The notes under the pieces are model-generated. The model saw only the letters and a list, made by a program, of their open reading frames with translations, was not told the DNA's origin and searched no databases. From the NCBI GenBank assembly GCA_973895155.1, contig OZ316894.1, positions 18,452,805 through 18,516,804 on the forward strand: 64,000 bases of DNA. Reading direction: 5' to 3'. Both the position numbers and the translations under genes were made by a program. This document shows positions 1 through 13,000 of the stretch, one piece after another. Position 1 is the first letter of the stretch; the number at the start of each line of letters is the position of its first letter. The stretch comes from Marsupella aquatica (lineage: Eukaryota; Plantae; Marchantiophyta).

Positions 1-1642
1 AAAAAGAAAGAGAAATATGATGACGGGTCAACTGTGAAAGATCGCAATGAACCCTGCCATATCAGGTAATCTAATCGAGAGATTTTAATTGATGTAAGCG
101 TGACTGCTCATTGTTGGCCGATAGGAGAGATTATGGGACTCTGGCATAATTGTTTGATACTAACATTGTAATATGCACCCAATCAATCTCCAGGGATTCT
201 TAAAGGATCTTAGTATTGAAATTCACAGATGGTCAGTGGGAGGTACTTGATGCGCAATAGTATTTTTATCTGATATGCACCGCACGAAAAGCTCTTCAAC
301 AAAATAATTTCTAAGGGCTGGTATCATACAATTTGCAACATCAGAGTTTTGAACACTGGGAAATGAAATCGCGATTCAAAGCTAAAACAATACTGTACAC
401 AATTAGGTGCATTTTGAGGTCGTCTATTGACCTGAAGGTTAATGCAGCTTGCTGAAAACACATGGTATGACATTCTTGTTTCCCACAGACAAGTATTTGA
501 GGTCGTTGCTGCAACCCTTGCTGTGAAAGATCTGGACAGCCTTGCCAGAACCTTCTACGAGAATACATGCAGGTTTGTGTATGAAATCCATTCGTTAGTA
601 GAGGCCGGCCCAACTTTTTGAGCTTTGAGTGAAATTGAGTAGCTGGTACTTTCCGGTTGAAGAAACAGTGATTGACAGTGTTTCTTGCTCTGCAGAGTTT
701 TTTTCCCTCATGATTTGGACACATTGGCAGATGCCATCCTAGCTGATAGAAAAACGTAACCCCCTTACAACGTTTGTACAACACAGTAGTTTCCGTATCA
801 TAAGAGTCTCTTGGCCCATCGAGAAGAGGTTGCATGTAAAACTCTATTGCATTTCAGCACACGCTCTCACAAGAGGAAATTTACGAGTAAAAAAGGCTGT
901 GGATACAGAATGAATAAAATTCTTGGATACGGACTGCTAAATCATAAGCGCATACACATCATAACTGGCCATCCAGAATTGCCAGTGTCCCAAGGACAGA
1001 AAGTAGAATAGAGGACCAAGTCTTCATGAGCTTCTACTTTTTCATACTCAAATCTGCTTAGTACATGATGTTAAATAAAGAGACGTGTCACAGCAATCAG
1101 GTGATCACTTCACATTGAGAAAATTTTCCCTGGTCGCTGAAGTAGATGTTCTAACGATATATACTTTGCCTACTCTTTTGGTTAGACTTGTAGTGCCTCA
1201 ACAAAAATTGCCGCAACAACCACAGCTTTTCCTCATTCCTGTAAGTCGAAAAAGGCGTCGGACTATTTTCTTCTACTCCAAGTACTACTATCCTACACTG
1301 AGACCAGGAAAGAAATTCCCCATTGGGGTTTCAACAATAATCATTATATACAAAATTGCCTCAACTAGACAGGAATCAATTTTTATAGGGTCTGATGAGA
1401 TTTCTTTCCTAGCGCATTTTTACGCCAGGTGTTCCCAAATCCAAGTAAAAATTTCCCTTTCAGAGCAACCCTCGAAACGACGAGATGGAAGGTGGGAATC
1501 GCATCCAGATGGACGATCGGTCGTCCGAAGTATTCGCTCTGCACAAGTCTTCTTGCACCAGGAAATAGAAGGAAGACGAGACGATAGAACGGAAATTCTT
1601 GGCACTGGTGGGCATAACAGTCGACACCAGGAAATCGTCACA

Positions 1643-4600
1643 TCAAATCAAATTGGGCTGGGGTTCACCAACAAGGCACCAGAAGCTCTCCAGATCCAGC
1701 CCCTCTATTTCATTAGGAGACAATCCATCAATATCCGTTGAGGCACATTTGGGTACCTGAACCTTGTTGGCCTCCCCACCAGCAGTGAAGTAAAAGCGCG
1801 CTCGTTTCTCACCCTCTTTTCTTCTCTTTATGCAACCGGAGTCACGAGGACTACCGCTGCCGGCACCATCGTCCTTGATAGCTCTTATTCTGGGCAACGA
1901 TTCTCGTTCACACTTCAGCGTGTCTACATATTGGAGCATCATCTCGAGAGTGTAGTCCTCGGGACGGTAGGACGAACCTCTTGCATTCCCTGACTCATAG
2001 TCGTACACGATATCGTAGTCCGGCGTTGCAGTCTCCCAGCTTTTACAGCTGCCCGGACCTGTCAAAAATGGCATTCCTTCGACAGCTCTTCTCTGCGAAT
2101 GCTGACAATGCTTGATGTATGTGCACTCCTCAATAATTGAGGCTTCTTCACTCCTCGAGTTATACTCGTCAAGCTCTGAAAGGTCTGTCCTGGTGTTGCT
2201 CCGTGCAAACACCGAGTCATCTGAGTCCAGGCCGTCAGACGGGAGAACACTCTGCCCCGCCAGTCGTCTTTGCTTTCCTTTCACGAGCATAGAGTGCTTA
2301 TCTTTGATCAAGTCAGAACAGCGGATGAAAATCCTTTTGGCCGGCTTCGTGGCAGAACCAGGAGGGTCGGGCATATCCCGGTGCCGTATCGAAGATGGTG
2401 TTTTCGATCTTACTTCTTGCTTGGCCCCTAGGCCTCTGAGTCCACCATCCACAACTACTGGACTTCGTTTATCAAGATGCACACCCTCTTGTACAAACTT
2501 TTCGTACTCTGCTTCAACTACGGTAATTTTCCGCTCCCCTTGATTGCTGTACGCTGGACCTCGCTCGTCCTTCAAAGCGCCAGACCCACCTTTGGAAGCC
2601 TCGTTTCTGAATGCAGATTCTGCGGGATAACCTTTGCGAATGGTAGGAGAAGCCTTTCTCATCGGAAGCCCACCGTTCAGATCTTTGCTGTGTATCTTAC
2701 TTGGGGTTGTCTTCGCCCCTGGATTCTCAATGATCGGCTTGGGATCGAAGCATGCATTCCCCGGATGATCTCTGGAATGCACCACTTTTACTGGTGTCCC
2801 GTAGCGACTCGGGACCGTCCGAGCGTTACCTCTTGATGGAGTAGTGGGCCGGTTAGGAACAGATCGACTGGGAGTAGCAGTGCGAGCCCTTCTCAACGAA
2901 GAACTCCAAGCATTGCTTGGCCTCGTGGAAATGGTTGAATCTTCTTCTTCCGCTGTCCTCCTCTTCCCCACATCAGCTTGCACGCCCCTTTGCAATCCAG
3001 CCTCGCAGATCCCTGGGATCTCACAGTTGCCCTCTACCACGTCTATATTTTCTCGAAGCCAGGCATGGACATCGTGTCGTTCTGATTTCTGCTTCAGGAA
3101 CCTCTCGTCCAGAGCTGGTGAAGGAGTATTCGTTGTCCCACACAGGTGAGCTGCTGAAATTGGATCGGTCCTCAGGGTCTTCACCCAATCTACCTTCCTT
3201 TCAAATTCTGGATAAAAATGTGGCTGCGGCGTGGTTGTTGAACCTGTGCACAGAGTTGAAGCAGGCTGGTTTTCCTTCTTCTTAACCTGCTGCCCAATTC
3301 CTTTGTCGTTCCATTCTTTCCTGTCTTCTTCTCCCAAATTCTTGTGGGAAAGGACTCTTGCTACTCTTCTACTGCTACCACTCTCCAACATGGCTCTACT
3401 TCTCACGTACTCCTCATAGGGTACTGTGGTCGCACCAATTCCTCTGGACTGGTCTTCCGAATCTGTAGGCCTAGTCACAGTGCGCTCCTTCCCCATGTGA
3501 TTCGGACTGCTACTTCTCTGCTGCCCATTTTGTTTACCTTTTGTAAGTAATCGAGAAGGGGTACCTAAACTTCGTCTCGGAGGGTTTGGTCTCCCCATGA
3601 ACGGGCTATCACTAAACCCCAAGAGTTTAGCTGCAGGCCTCTCATTCCTGTTAACAGACTTGTCACGCTTCACCTGCGTTCCGTCATTCGTGTACTGAAG
3701 GAATTTGGCTGCCACAACTCTCCCTTTGCGTCTCTTAGTGGTATCAGAACCACAGGGAGAAGGTGCATTCCGTGTGGGAGTCTGTGGGCAGCTGATACCA
3801 CCGCTCTTGGGTCTCTCTTGTCCAACACCACCACCCACCCGCCTCGTCTCTTGCTTGGCATGCAAAGCAGCTAGCCTCTCGCTCAATTGTAAGATCTCCA
3901 TCGATATCTCTTGCTCGATCTCGTGCTCTATGTCAGCTTCAAGATCTTCTTCGACCATCTGTATCTTTGGAGTGCAATTCCTTGGAGGGTCCACTTTTCC
4001 AGCCAAAACAGGCATGCCTCCTGTTCTTCTGGCGCTCCTGGGGCCATTGTCATAGGAGACACAAGTGCGTGGATTCGAACTCCTTCTCCCATCTGATTCA
4101 CAGTTGGAAGGTACCTCGGCGACATACTTGGGATAATTCCGAGAATTGGTACACGACGACGACCTGCCCCTTATTGGAACATGACGATTTGCATGACAGA
4201 GACTCGGTGGCGCCTTTGTCTTGAAGGACGGCGACGCAGCAAGAAGTCTCCTTGTCTTTGATTGGTCCATAGGCTTCTCATGGCCCTGACCGAAATTCCG
4301 AGAAGTGTTTGAAGACTCACCCGCTTCTGAGCCCATCGGGTTGTACCATTCACCGGCTGCGGATTCCAGCTCCAATTCGGTAACGTGGGGAAGTCTAGAA
4401 TTATGTTGTGGAGATTTCTCGATAACAGTAGCCGGGCTATTCCCGGCAACCGCACTGTTACCACTGATGGCCGGACCGTAAGGAAAATTCTCCTGGGAGG
4501 AAATTGCATTCGGATTGGCACCAACATTAGAAATCCCTGATGTCCATGCCTGTTGATCCTGCTTCTGATTTGCAGAACCAGGAAAGTCGCTCTCGACGTT

Positions 4601-4888
4601 TCTGGAGAGCCTCGCCGGAGAATTTCTATTGCTCCGCACGGAATCTTCAGATTTGTAACTCCTCAAGTCATCAGATTTGCAACTCCTCAAGTCATCGTTC
4701 GCTTCAAAGGCTGCATTGCACCACACCACCTGCCTTGCGTCCTCGTCTCTTCCAGATGGAAGGGTCCGTACTCTGCCATCTGCAATGCCAAAGTCAAAAT
4801 CCTCTGTTAGTCTATAACGAACCTCTCCAGCCAATTTCAAATTTTCATAGCACCGGCAAATACTCAGATTCGTTTGATTACTAGCACG
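1643..4888 (-). CDS. Large terminal exon (>1000 aa) of a disordered Ser/Arg/Pro-rich protein from a conserved uncharacterised land-plant family; 5' exon(s) lie upstream
   Basis: 3.2-kb stop-free frame bounded upstream by TAA at 4889-4891, with no ATG near its start, so it must be spliced. Short motifs I recall from this family: W.NAAF (QVVWCNAAFE), coiled coil DIEHEIEQEISMEILQLSERLAALHAKQ, RKGRVVAAKF, VPSRY and C-terminal LPRIR...SPRDSG..KR...FYF. Confidence 0.8.
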   Translation of the reverse strand, partial: RASNQTNLSICRCYENLKLAGEVRYRLTEDFDFGIADGRVRTLPSGRDEDARQVVWCNAAFEANDDLRSCKSDDLRSYKSEDSVRSNRNSPARLSRNVESDFPGSANQKQDQQAWTSGISNVGANPNAISSQENFPYGPAISGNSAVAGNSPATVIEKSPQHNSRLPHVTELELESAAGEWYNPMGSEAGESSNTSRNFGQGHEKPMDQSKTRRLLAASPSFKTKAPPSLCHANRHVPIRGRSSSCTNSRNYPKYVAEVPSNCESDGRRSSNPRTCVSYDNGPRSARRTGGMPVLAGKVDPPRNCTPKIQMVEEDLEADIEHEIEQEISMEILQLSERLAALHAKQETRRVGGGVGQERPKSGGISCPQTPTRNAPSPCGSDTTKRRKGRVVAAKFLQYTNDGTQVKRDKSVNRNERPAAKLLGFSDSPFMGRPNPPRRSLGTPSRLLTKGKQNGQQRSSSPNHMGKERTVTRPTDSEDQSRGIGATTVPYEEYVRSRAMLESGSSRRVARVLSHKNLGEEDRKEWNDKGIGQQVKKKENQPASTLCTGSTTTPQPHFYPEFERKVDWVKTLRTDPISAAHLCGTTNTPSPALDERFLKQKSERHDVHAWLRENIDVVEGNCEIPGICEAGLQRGVQADVGKRRTAEEEDSTISTRPSNAWSSSLRRARTATPSRSVPNRPTTPSRGNARTVPSRYGTPVKVVHSRDHPGNACFDPKPIIENPGAKTTPSKIHSKDLNGGLPMRKASPTIRKGYPAESAFRNEASKGGSGALKDERGPAYSNQGERKITVVEAEYEKFVQEGVHLDKRSPVVVDGGLRGLGAKQEVRSKTPSSIRHRDMPDPPGSATKPAKRIFIRCSDLIKDKHSMLVKGKQRRLAGQSVLPSDGLDSDDSVFARSNTRTDLSELDEYNSRSEEASIIEECTYIKHCQHSQRRAVEGMPFLTGPGSCKSWETATPDYDIVYDYESGNARGSSYRPEDYTLEMMLQYVDTLKCERESLPRIRAIKDDGAGSGSPRDSGCIKRRKEGEKRARFYFTAGGEANKVQVPKCASTDIDGLSPNEIEGLDLESFWCLVGEPQPNLI

Positions 4889-5840
4889 TTAATTTCCGGG
4901 GTTGCGCGGTGCATGTAAGTTGAACAGATATCCACTGTACCTAAGGAGGTTCATGTGCTCTCCAGGCCTCAACTCCACGCAATTTCTCTATCCACAGCGT
5001 TATTGAGCATTTCTCATTCTTTTCTGTCCCATTGGCCGTAAACGAAATCAGTGCTCACCCTGGGAGAGCTTCGTGAAGGGTGTCTGAGATTCTCATGCCC
5101 AAACGACGAATGGGGCATTATTGCTTGAACAATCGGGGCTTTTCTTCCCCCGTGAGAGCTCCTTATAGGGTGTCTCTGACTATAATGATCTGATAAAGAA
5201 CGGGCATATGCATTCCTGCAACAATTAAGGGGCTTTTCACATATTCTGGGCCAGAGGGAGCGCAAAAGAGATGACTGATGCCAGGAGTTTGAGGGGATGG
5301 TACAAAGAGACATCGCTCGGTTATTTGATTATCAGATTCCGGAAGGAAAGCTAATCTGCCAGTCGTAATTGCGTTACCCTACCATTTCATCCTGGATCCT
5401 TGGAAGAGATCCTTGTCATCTCAGGTTAGGGTAAAAGTTAGAGAAAGCTTTCTTTTGTCCGCATTGTGCTAACCAGTCCGAGAGGTGTCTTCGGTTACAG
5501 AGACAATGTCCTAAACGTTGTTCTGAACGAATGTCACTCACGAAATCCCTATTCCGGAATTGCCGGAACTCCTGGACTTCACCAATTTAAAACCCTACCG
5601 CAGGAAACATCATTCTATCTTTGCAAATCAACATGAAAATTGGACCGTCATATCTGAACATGATAATCGTAAACTATAAAAGCATGCTTGGCTATCGAAT
5701 TTTCTTGAGAGGTTCATTTCCAAAATGTCCATTATCCAATTTCCAATACAAACATCGCCTGACATTCAGAGCTTCGACGGTAGCACTTTGATGGTTAGGT
5801 TTATGGTGAGCGTCACGATATCACATGTCGTTGACTGACC

Positions 5841-6452
5841 GACGCTATGCACACATTCATTCTTTGCACAACGGGCGCAAACGGAGTTGGTAGAGGGTAA
5901 TTGGATACCTGAGGAAATTGTAGAAAACTGGCCTTGAGTCTGCTCAACCCCCTTAGGCAAGCCCGCAGCAGCTGGGGAGTGCTTCGCTGGGACGGGCGAT
6001 ATGGTCAACTGACGACTGCTAACCGAGACATTGAGGCTAATCGGAGCGAGCGCCGCAGCTTGACTATCTGGAAAGTCAGCATCCTTGCGAACAATTATTG
6101 CAGGGGAGAGCGAGGAGGCTTGGTTCACTTTGCATTCCAACCGTGACGGGGTTTGATCATTCTCCTGCTTGAAATGAACGCCCCTTCCATCCTTCTTCCT
6201 GGTCCTTGTTCTGCAAGGAGTTACATTCAAACCCTTTGGCGCTCCCTCGCTCTGATACTGTTGTTGCTGCTGTTGTCGCTCGGGCGTGTCAATCGAACCT
6301 CCTCTCCACTGTTGGGACGCCTCTTGAACCCATTGCTTGGTACTTCGGTAACCATGAAATTCTTTGTCATTCTTGAAGAGAGAAGACTGTTGGGATGGTG
6401 TCTCGACTGCTTTCGCCCTCCTTGCATACGTGACATATTCTTTCGATTCCAT
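5841..6452 (-). CDS. Probable first coding exon of the 1643-4888 gene (MESKEYV..., poly-Q)
   Basis: ATG-initiated ORF with similar low-complexity composition. Candidate donor G|GTCAGT near 5840. A second good donor (CAGG|GTGAGC) near 5058 suggests a further middle exon. Exact splicing is unresolved. Confidence 0.45.
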
Positions 6453-7122
6453 GTAAATGCTCCTACCAAGCTTCCAGTGCTCTTAATTTACACCATGTGC
6501 GGATCCCAACAGCTCCGAATCGCGCTGAATGTGCTGCTTTAAACAAAAGTTTTAACACCGCTCCAACACAGTTGGGTGAAGTCACTCAAAGGAAATTGTC
6601 GAAGGCCAAGATTCTTGTGCTCCACATCTAACGGAGACCTGGGAGATACCGGGAGTCTCCAGGAGGGCTCTGGAAGCTCCAATCCCGTCGCACTGCACCG
6701 TGGGGAACCCCCTGTGAAACTCTACACAATCGAAAGAAGCTTCAAGTGACAAATCGTCAGCCACGAGACTCTAGATATTTCTTCCGTGCGGCAAGACTTC
6801 GTTTACTTCTTTAAATTTCAAGCGAGGTTCTACGATCGACTCAGGGTGTTACATAGAACCAGTCTCCAGCGCTATGCGGTCCTCTGGTACAATGCAGGGG
6901 CCAATCGCCAGTAGAATAGTTGGTTTCGAATGGATGTATACAGTCGGGGCGCGAGAAAGTGTGGAGGCGGAGTAGTCTTCGGCAGAGCACACGCCACGGG
7001 CGGTCATGTGTTTACAACGTACCGTCATCATATCCCCTCGGAGAAAACATCGGAGACGAAAATACTACTACGCTGCCTCTTACGGTAGGTAGTTCAGATC
7101 CAACCAGTCAAACAATCGATCA

Positions 7123-7123
7123 A

Positions 7124-7151
<28 letters not shown>
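7123..7151. repeat. (CT)n microsatellite
   Basis: Direct read of the ctctct tract. Confidence 0.95.
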
Positions 7152-7154
<3 letters not shown>

Positions 7155-7567
7155 TGCTTAAACCTGGCACCCCGTCTGCCCGGCCACAAGGAGACGCACC
7201 GAAGGACGCAACCGAAAATTCAACTTCGCTCCGCCCAGCCTGCTCGATGATACCCCGGACGCCGGCTGACCGACAGACCAGAACCGTACCCCGCCTTTAA
7301 AATCTTAAGTTTACTCCTACTGACGAATCAATGTTCGAGTGCAAGTACGAACGCGTTTTGCCCTGAACCTCGCGTTTTGCCCTGAACTTTCTTCGCTAAC
7401 GCATAACTGTATGAATGTATGAATGCAACAATGACCGCGCCTTGCCCTGACTCCGCCCTCCGCCGTCCGAGCTGTACACAACGTCCGCGCAGTGTGCCAG
7501 AAGGAGAGCCTGATCGACCAAAGCACTGCTCCTTCCTCTTCCGCGAAGAACCGAAGGTAACAGGTAA

Positions 7568-7935
7568 TAGCAACAGCAGCAGGACAGGAATGCACAATCG
7601 TTGTTGCCAATCGAGCTCAATCAATACAGACCGGGAATGCAGCAGCAGCAGCAGGACAGGAATGCACAATCGTTGTTGCCAATCGAGCTCAATCAATACA
7701 AACCGGAATGCTGCAGCAGCAGCAGCAGCAGAAAAGCAAAACCGCAATAAATCGTTGTTGCCTATCTACACTCAACAGAAACTGGCGTCGGTATCATGCA
7801 GCAGCAGCAGCAGTGGGGAAGGAAATGCGCATTTGTTGTTGTTGCCCATCGTGCTCAACAATAGAAAACGGCATGTGCTTGGGAGTCCATGATTTTCTTC
7901 TCTTTCTCTTCTCTTCTCTTCTCTTCTCTTCTCTT
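7568..7935. repeat. ~70-bp tandem duplication with (CAG)n tracts and a (CTCTT)n tract, upstream of the first gene
   Basis: The unit cagcagcaggacaggaatgcacaatcgttgttgccaatcgagctcaatcaataca occurs twice. CAG runs at ~7640, ~7715 and ~7800. Confidence 0.9.
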
Positions 7936-10072
7936 GCAAGGAGCACCTAACATTCACGTGAGTAGTGAATTGAATGAGGAGGGAGCTCAGCTGAGCGCGC
8001 GCGCGAGAGTGTTGAGAAGTTGACAGAGATCGCAGACGATCGGACTGTCTAACGGTCGAAATCTACGTGAAGCATTCGTTGAGCTGATTTAGTTGTTGCT
8101 TCTTTCATTCAACGGGCGTCCGAACGCCATACAGTCGTCTCTCTATAAGTGCACACACCGTAAGTGCAAAACCTGGCCGATTCAAAGACATCATGTTCTT
8201 CCTTTTTCCCCTAACCATTTTACACATCTTGTGTATAGTAGGGGTTTCCCAAACCATTTTACACATTTTGTGTGTAGCAGGGGTCTCAATATTGCACTTT
8301 CTGTATATGGTACTAGCCCATGACCCGTTGGTAAAAAGCAAATAAATATGAAAAAAAATCTTACACAATAAAATTATCTTGGACAATATGATATTTTAGT
8401 TTATCTTTGCCTCCCATGCTTGTTTTTTGTCTGTACTCATTTCAATTTTATCTTTATTTAGAGTCACTGTTACTTTTGTTCATATTCATTTAAAATTTTG
8501 ACCTTATTAAACCTCATTATCAGTTTTGTTTGTATTGGGAGTTACTGTCTAGAACCTTCACTTTAGACCTAAGCCCTTAAGAGCTCACTTAAGAGTAGGC
8601 TTCAGTTGACGCTTTTATGGTACTATGAGATCTCAATATTTGCTGCTGCCTGTTGTGGTATGCTTACAGTCCGCGTGTAGTACTCCTGCAGTTCGTCCAT
8701 GGTAAGCCACCAGATGCACTTCTGTTTGTGAAGACAGAATTAGTTTTGTATTCAGACGTTCAGGGGCTTAGGGTTTAGGTTCTTTCGTGCCATGTCGTCC
8801 AACGTTGTCTATTTGTCAAATGCTGTCTGAACTTAGGGGGCTGCACGGATGGGAATGCTTCGTGGCTTACAAAGGCGCTTAGGAAGGCTATGGACATGGG
8901 TGTTGGATGTGAGCGTTGATTGTGTTTAGGGGTGAACTCAAGGTTTTGTGTGTGCAGGGTTGTCACTGTATTCAACTCACATTCATTGTTTGATCTGATC
9001 TGCTGTTTTCGAATTCAGATATCTGGGGCATAGCAAGGGCTTGAGAGGTTGAGTTTAATTTTGAACCCAACCAAGGTAGCTCTTGAGTATTCATCTTTGC
9101 AATGGCGGCACGAGCTGCAAGAGTTTATAAAGCTAAGGAAAACAAGCATTTCCTTCACTATGTCCATTCAAATGGTTCACACTTGCCATGGTCTTATGGT
9201 TCTTTCAAAACATTCCAAACACACATGTTTATCACGCACAACCTGACATTGCCCCTTGCACTATTGGAGCCGGGGGTTGCCTTGGTTGAGTTAAAAAATT
9301 GATATATGAGTTCTGTTAGATATTGCTCTAGTCTTGTGACTCATGAGCTAACCACAGTTAGTCTAACTCGGGTTAGGACTTAGCTAATGTTAGCGGTAGT
9401 GTTGTTCTGTATATAGCTAGGGCTGATGCCAGACCCTGGTGGAACTTAGGCTCATTGTTACGGAGCTAGTTGAGAGCTTGTGCTGTGGATGCTTGGTATG
9501 GCCGGTCGGCCTAGAGTGCAATAAAGCTCTTTTTATACTCGTATTATTGAATTTAAGGTGCTTTGCACCCCTTTAGGGCCTATTTTTGGCTCTTTTTTCC
9601 TCTTCTTCGCTTCCTCTTGTTTTACTTGGTGCCGGGACCTGCCGCCCTCCATTTCAACCGCTCCGACAGGGAGAATGTCCCCCTGTGAGACCTGTTGGAC
9701 TGTGCGGGAATATTCCCAAAAAAATAGAGAGATATTTTTTGGCCGTTCGACAAAGATTCCGTCCGCCAAACGGTAACTTTTTTGGTTCTTTTTCGGTGAG
9801 GACGTTGCCACTGGAGTTAGCAACGCGGCGCACCGATCACATCGCGATTCCGACGACGAGTTGTACTTGGTAGTTTGATTATTCTCCGAGGTGGTCAAAA
9901 CGGGGGAGTTTCCCAAGGTTTTACCCACCCCGACCAAAATTTGAATAACTTTTTCGTTGAATTTTGATTTTGATTTTGGCTTTCAATATTGGACTCCTAG
10001 CTTCATGGGCTACGTGGCGGTGTTGAGTTTTGAGTTTTATGAGAAGTTTCAAAAAAAGACGTGTTTTCGTGA

Positions 10073-13000
10073 TTGTTTCATATGAGTGACTCGGAGGATA
10101 CTGGAAGAATTGGCATCGATGGAGCTTCAGGATCGCGACGATTAGACGGTGAGTCTGAGGAGGAGCTGCTACCATTTGAGGAGGAACTAGTGACACCGGT
10201 ACGATCACCGGTGCGGCGTGCAGTGGAGGAAGCTGTGTTACTACCAGAGCTGTCCGTAGTTGGAAAGAAGAGGGAGATGGCTCGATTTGGAGGAGTGAAG
10301 TTTGAGGTGGAGAAGTACGATGGTCGTATTGATTATTTGTTGTGGGAGAAGCAAGTGAAGGGTGTTCTACGGGCCATGGGCTTAGCTCATCTGCTTTTAT
10401 CACCTGCTTATCAAACAATTTACACGACAAATACATATTTACTCCTACTAAAATTGTTTGTTATCGTATGACGGGAACGTGGAGGGACGCTATTAGGATT
10501 CTATTGCATGTAGGAGGAGTATGTTCATTTCCGCTCCCGGAAATGTAATTTTTGATCAAGTCTACCGACTAGTCGCTCTGCTTTTGATCAAGTCCCATGG
10601 ACTACACCACACACACACTCCTACTGGTCGTTGGTGGAGTGCTGTCACCACCCCTCCTACTCACATGGTTGACCAAACCGTGCAAGGATTCCTTAGACAC
10701 TTCTTGGGGAAAGAACATAATCTTGAACTAGAAAAGATAACGCCACACCAAAACTTGAGGAATCAAACCAAATCCATATCTTTTGGCAAAACGTCGTAAC
10801 ACATTGCAATGACAACCCGGCCTCCTGCCATCTGCCCAACTACTGCCTCACTGGGGCAAATGCTATACCTCTACCTCACTACTCTGGCTTGATTCCCTCT
10901 TCTGGCTATGAGCTAACTTCCCTAAATAAACACTAGACTGAGTCCCCCCCCCACTACTACGGGGCTCTTCCCCTAAATACTCAAAACAACACACCAAAGC
11001 ACCCCTCATGGGGTCACAAGGATGGCGGCTACCTTAGCGGCGCCGCTAAAACCTTCATGAAAGAAATCCCTAATCCTAAAGCATGCAGCACACACATGCT
11101 CTGAAAACCCTAATCTAACAATGGGACCGATGGTGCCTTCGACGGCGCTCCAACCTTGCTCCGTGAATTGCGAAAATGCAAGTGACCCCACAATTGCCAA
11201 AACTAGGTGCCACTCTGATTGCACCTCTGAACTCATCCCTAGGTAGCCCTGCTCCTCCTGATCATGAATCACAAAACCGCTCTCGAAACGGACGCCAAAC
11301 GACCAAGTTATGGCCGTTTCAGTATCACTTATTTACCAACTTCGTCGGGCCCTAACTTACTCATCCTGGCTCCGTTTGGGGAGCGCCGCCTCTTGTTGGA
11401 ATCAGCTCCGCGAGCTCCTTCCAACAAGCCCGTGAGTGCACCATTTTAAAAAGTTTCAAAATCCAGAGGTCGTACTACAGGTCCGTACGGCTACCCTAGT
11501 CCTCCTCCTCACTCACGGTGCCCTGACTTGAGCCCCGTGAGTTGGTCTCCTCATCAGTCCTCCTCCTCACTCACGGTGCCCTGACTTGAGCCCCGATCCT
11601 CCTATTCGCCACCACCGGTTCGTTGTAAAAGGAGGGGGTCCCTATAATTGTCGAAACTAAAATTTTCTCAGAATTCACTCTGAAAACATATCTGAGGAGC
11701 CCTCCTCTTCCTGATCACGGCTCCATAAATGGTGCACAAAACGGAAGTCAAACGGCCAAGATATGATCGTTTAAGTTTTTACGGAGCACCGTCTCCCTTT
11801 GTTTCATCCGTACAACACGTTTCCCCCGGCTTTGCAAAACATGTATCACGGTTTCCCCGTATGTGCTACTACCTCCTCCTTCCCTTGCTAAGCCGGGACC
11901 TCCTTCCGTACGGACGTCCGTACGGCCTCAAAACCCTCGTATTCTCAAAAAATATGATTTGTCATACTCCCCCGTCTTAGCTCCGTTTCGGCCGTGTGAC
12001 ACATCGTTGGATTCAGCTCGGCGAGCTCTTTCCAACAAGCCCGTAGACTCCTGATTTTGAGATGGTCAAAAATCTGATGTTTGTACAACCAGGGTCCGTA
12101 CACACGTTCAAAGCAAGCACAAGAGGGAAAGGGTTTAGGTATGGGTGGAAACCCCACAAGTGAGAATAGAGAAAGAAGGAAAGGAAGAAAGTGTGAGGGC
12201 CCCTTCTACGGATGTGTTCTTCTACAAAGTGCCCCTCTACGGAGTGGGGAAGGGAAAGAGAACAAAAACCATGTGAGGACCACACAAAAGGTGAAGGGGA
12301 ACACAAGTGTGAGAACCCCTTCCTTCTAAGGGCCCTCCCACCATCACTACTCCAAGATTGCCTAGTTTGTCATTTTACGGGCGTTGAGGTCCCTCGAGAT
12401 GTCACTGTTTGATATAGACCTAAAATCAACTCAAGAACCTCAGTTTCGCATGGGGCTCATTGAGGGCTTCAAAATGAATCCAAACATGACAATGTTTGTA
12501 ATAGTACTAGCGCAGCAACGTCTGTTTTAAGTTTCAACATTTTTTATATTTTGGTCATTCTTCCCGTTTTGCGCCTTATGTGGAGCCTCCGACCAGCCCC
12601 CACCCCTCCAAGATGCCCACACCTTGGCTCCAAGTCCTTGGGCTGCCTTGTGGCCTCCTTGTACCTCCTCAATGGTTCCCTTGTCATACATCACCGCCCG
12701 ACACCCCTCTCAACTCCTGCCTCCGGTTGTCGCATCCATTTATTAGGATTAACAAAAATAAAAAATTTGAAAATCCAAACATTTTTATTACACCTACTTG
12801 TGTTTCTACTTATATACGCAATTATAAGTCATCACTAAGTTACTACCGGGTTTGGGGCCCTGTCACAGCTTTCATCGCGAGAGTGGAGATAGGAGCAGGT
12901 GATTGCTGTCAACGCAGTGATGTTATATCTCAAGCGGCACATCATCAAGCAGCTGGATGATTATGCGGATTGCGCGTCACTATTCAAGGCTCTTAGAGAG

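Noticed and set aside
341-1741. ORFs 341-835 (-) and 1085-1741 (+)
   Set aside because: Non-ATG starts and no recognisable domain; they lie in the 3' flank of the first gene.
2112-4884. Numerous plus-strand ORFs of 60-143 aa
   Set aside because: Antisense shadows of the long minus-strand exon, with no motifs.
7317-7957. Overlapping ORFs with poly-A/Q/S/L tracts
   Set aside because: Products of CAG microsatellites and the local duplication.
8580-10070. Possible 5' LTR and PBS of the copia element
   Set aside because: LTR-like in character, but there is no clear TG..CA pair, no TGGTATCAGAGC PBS and no second copy to confirm it.
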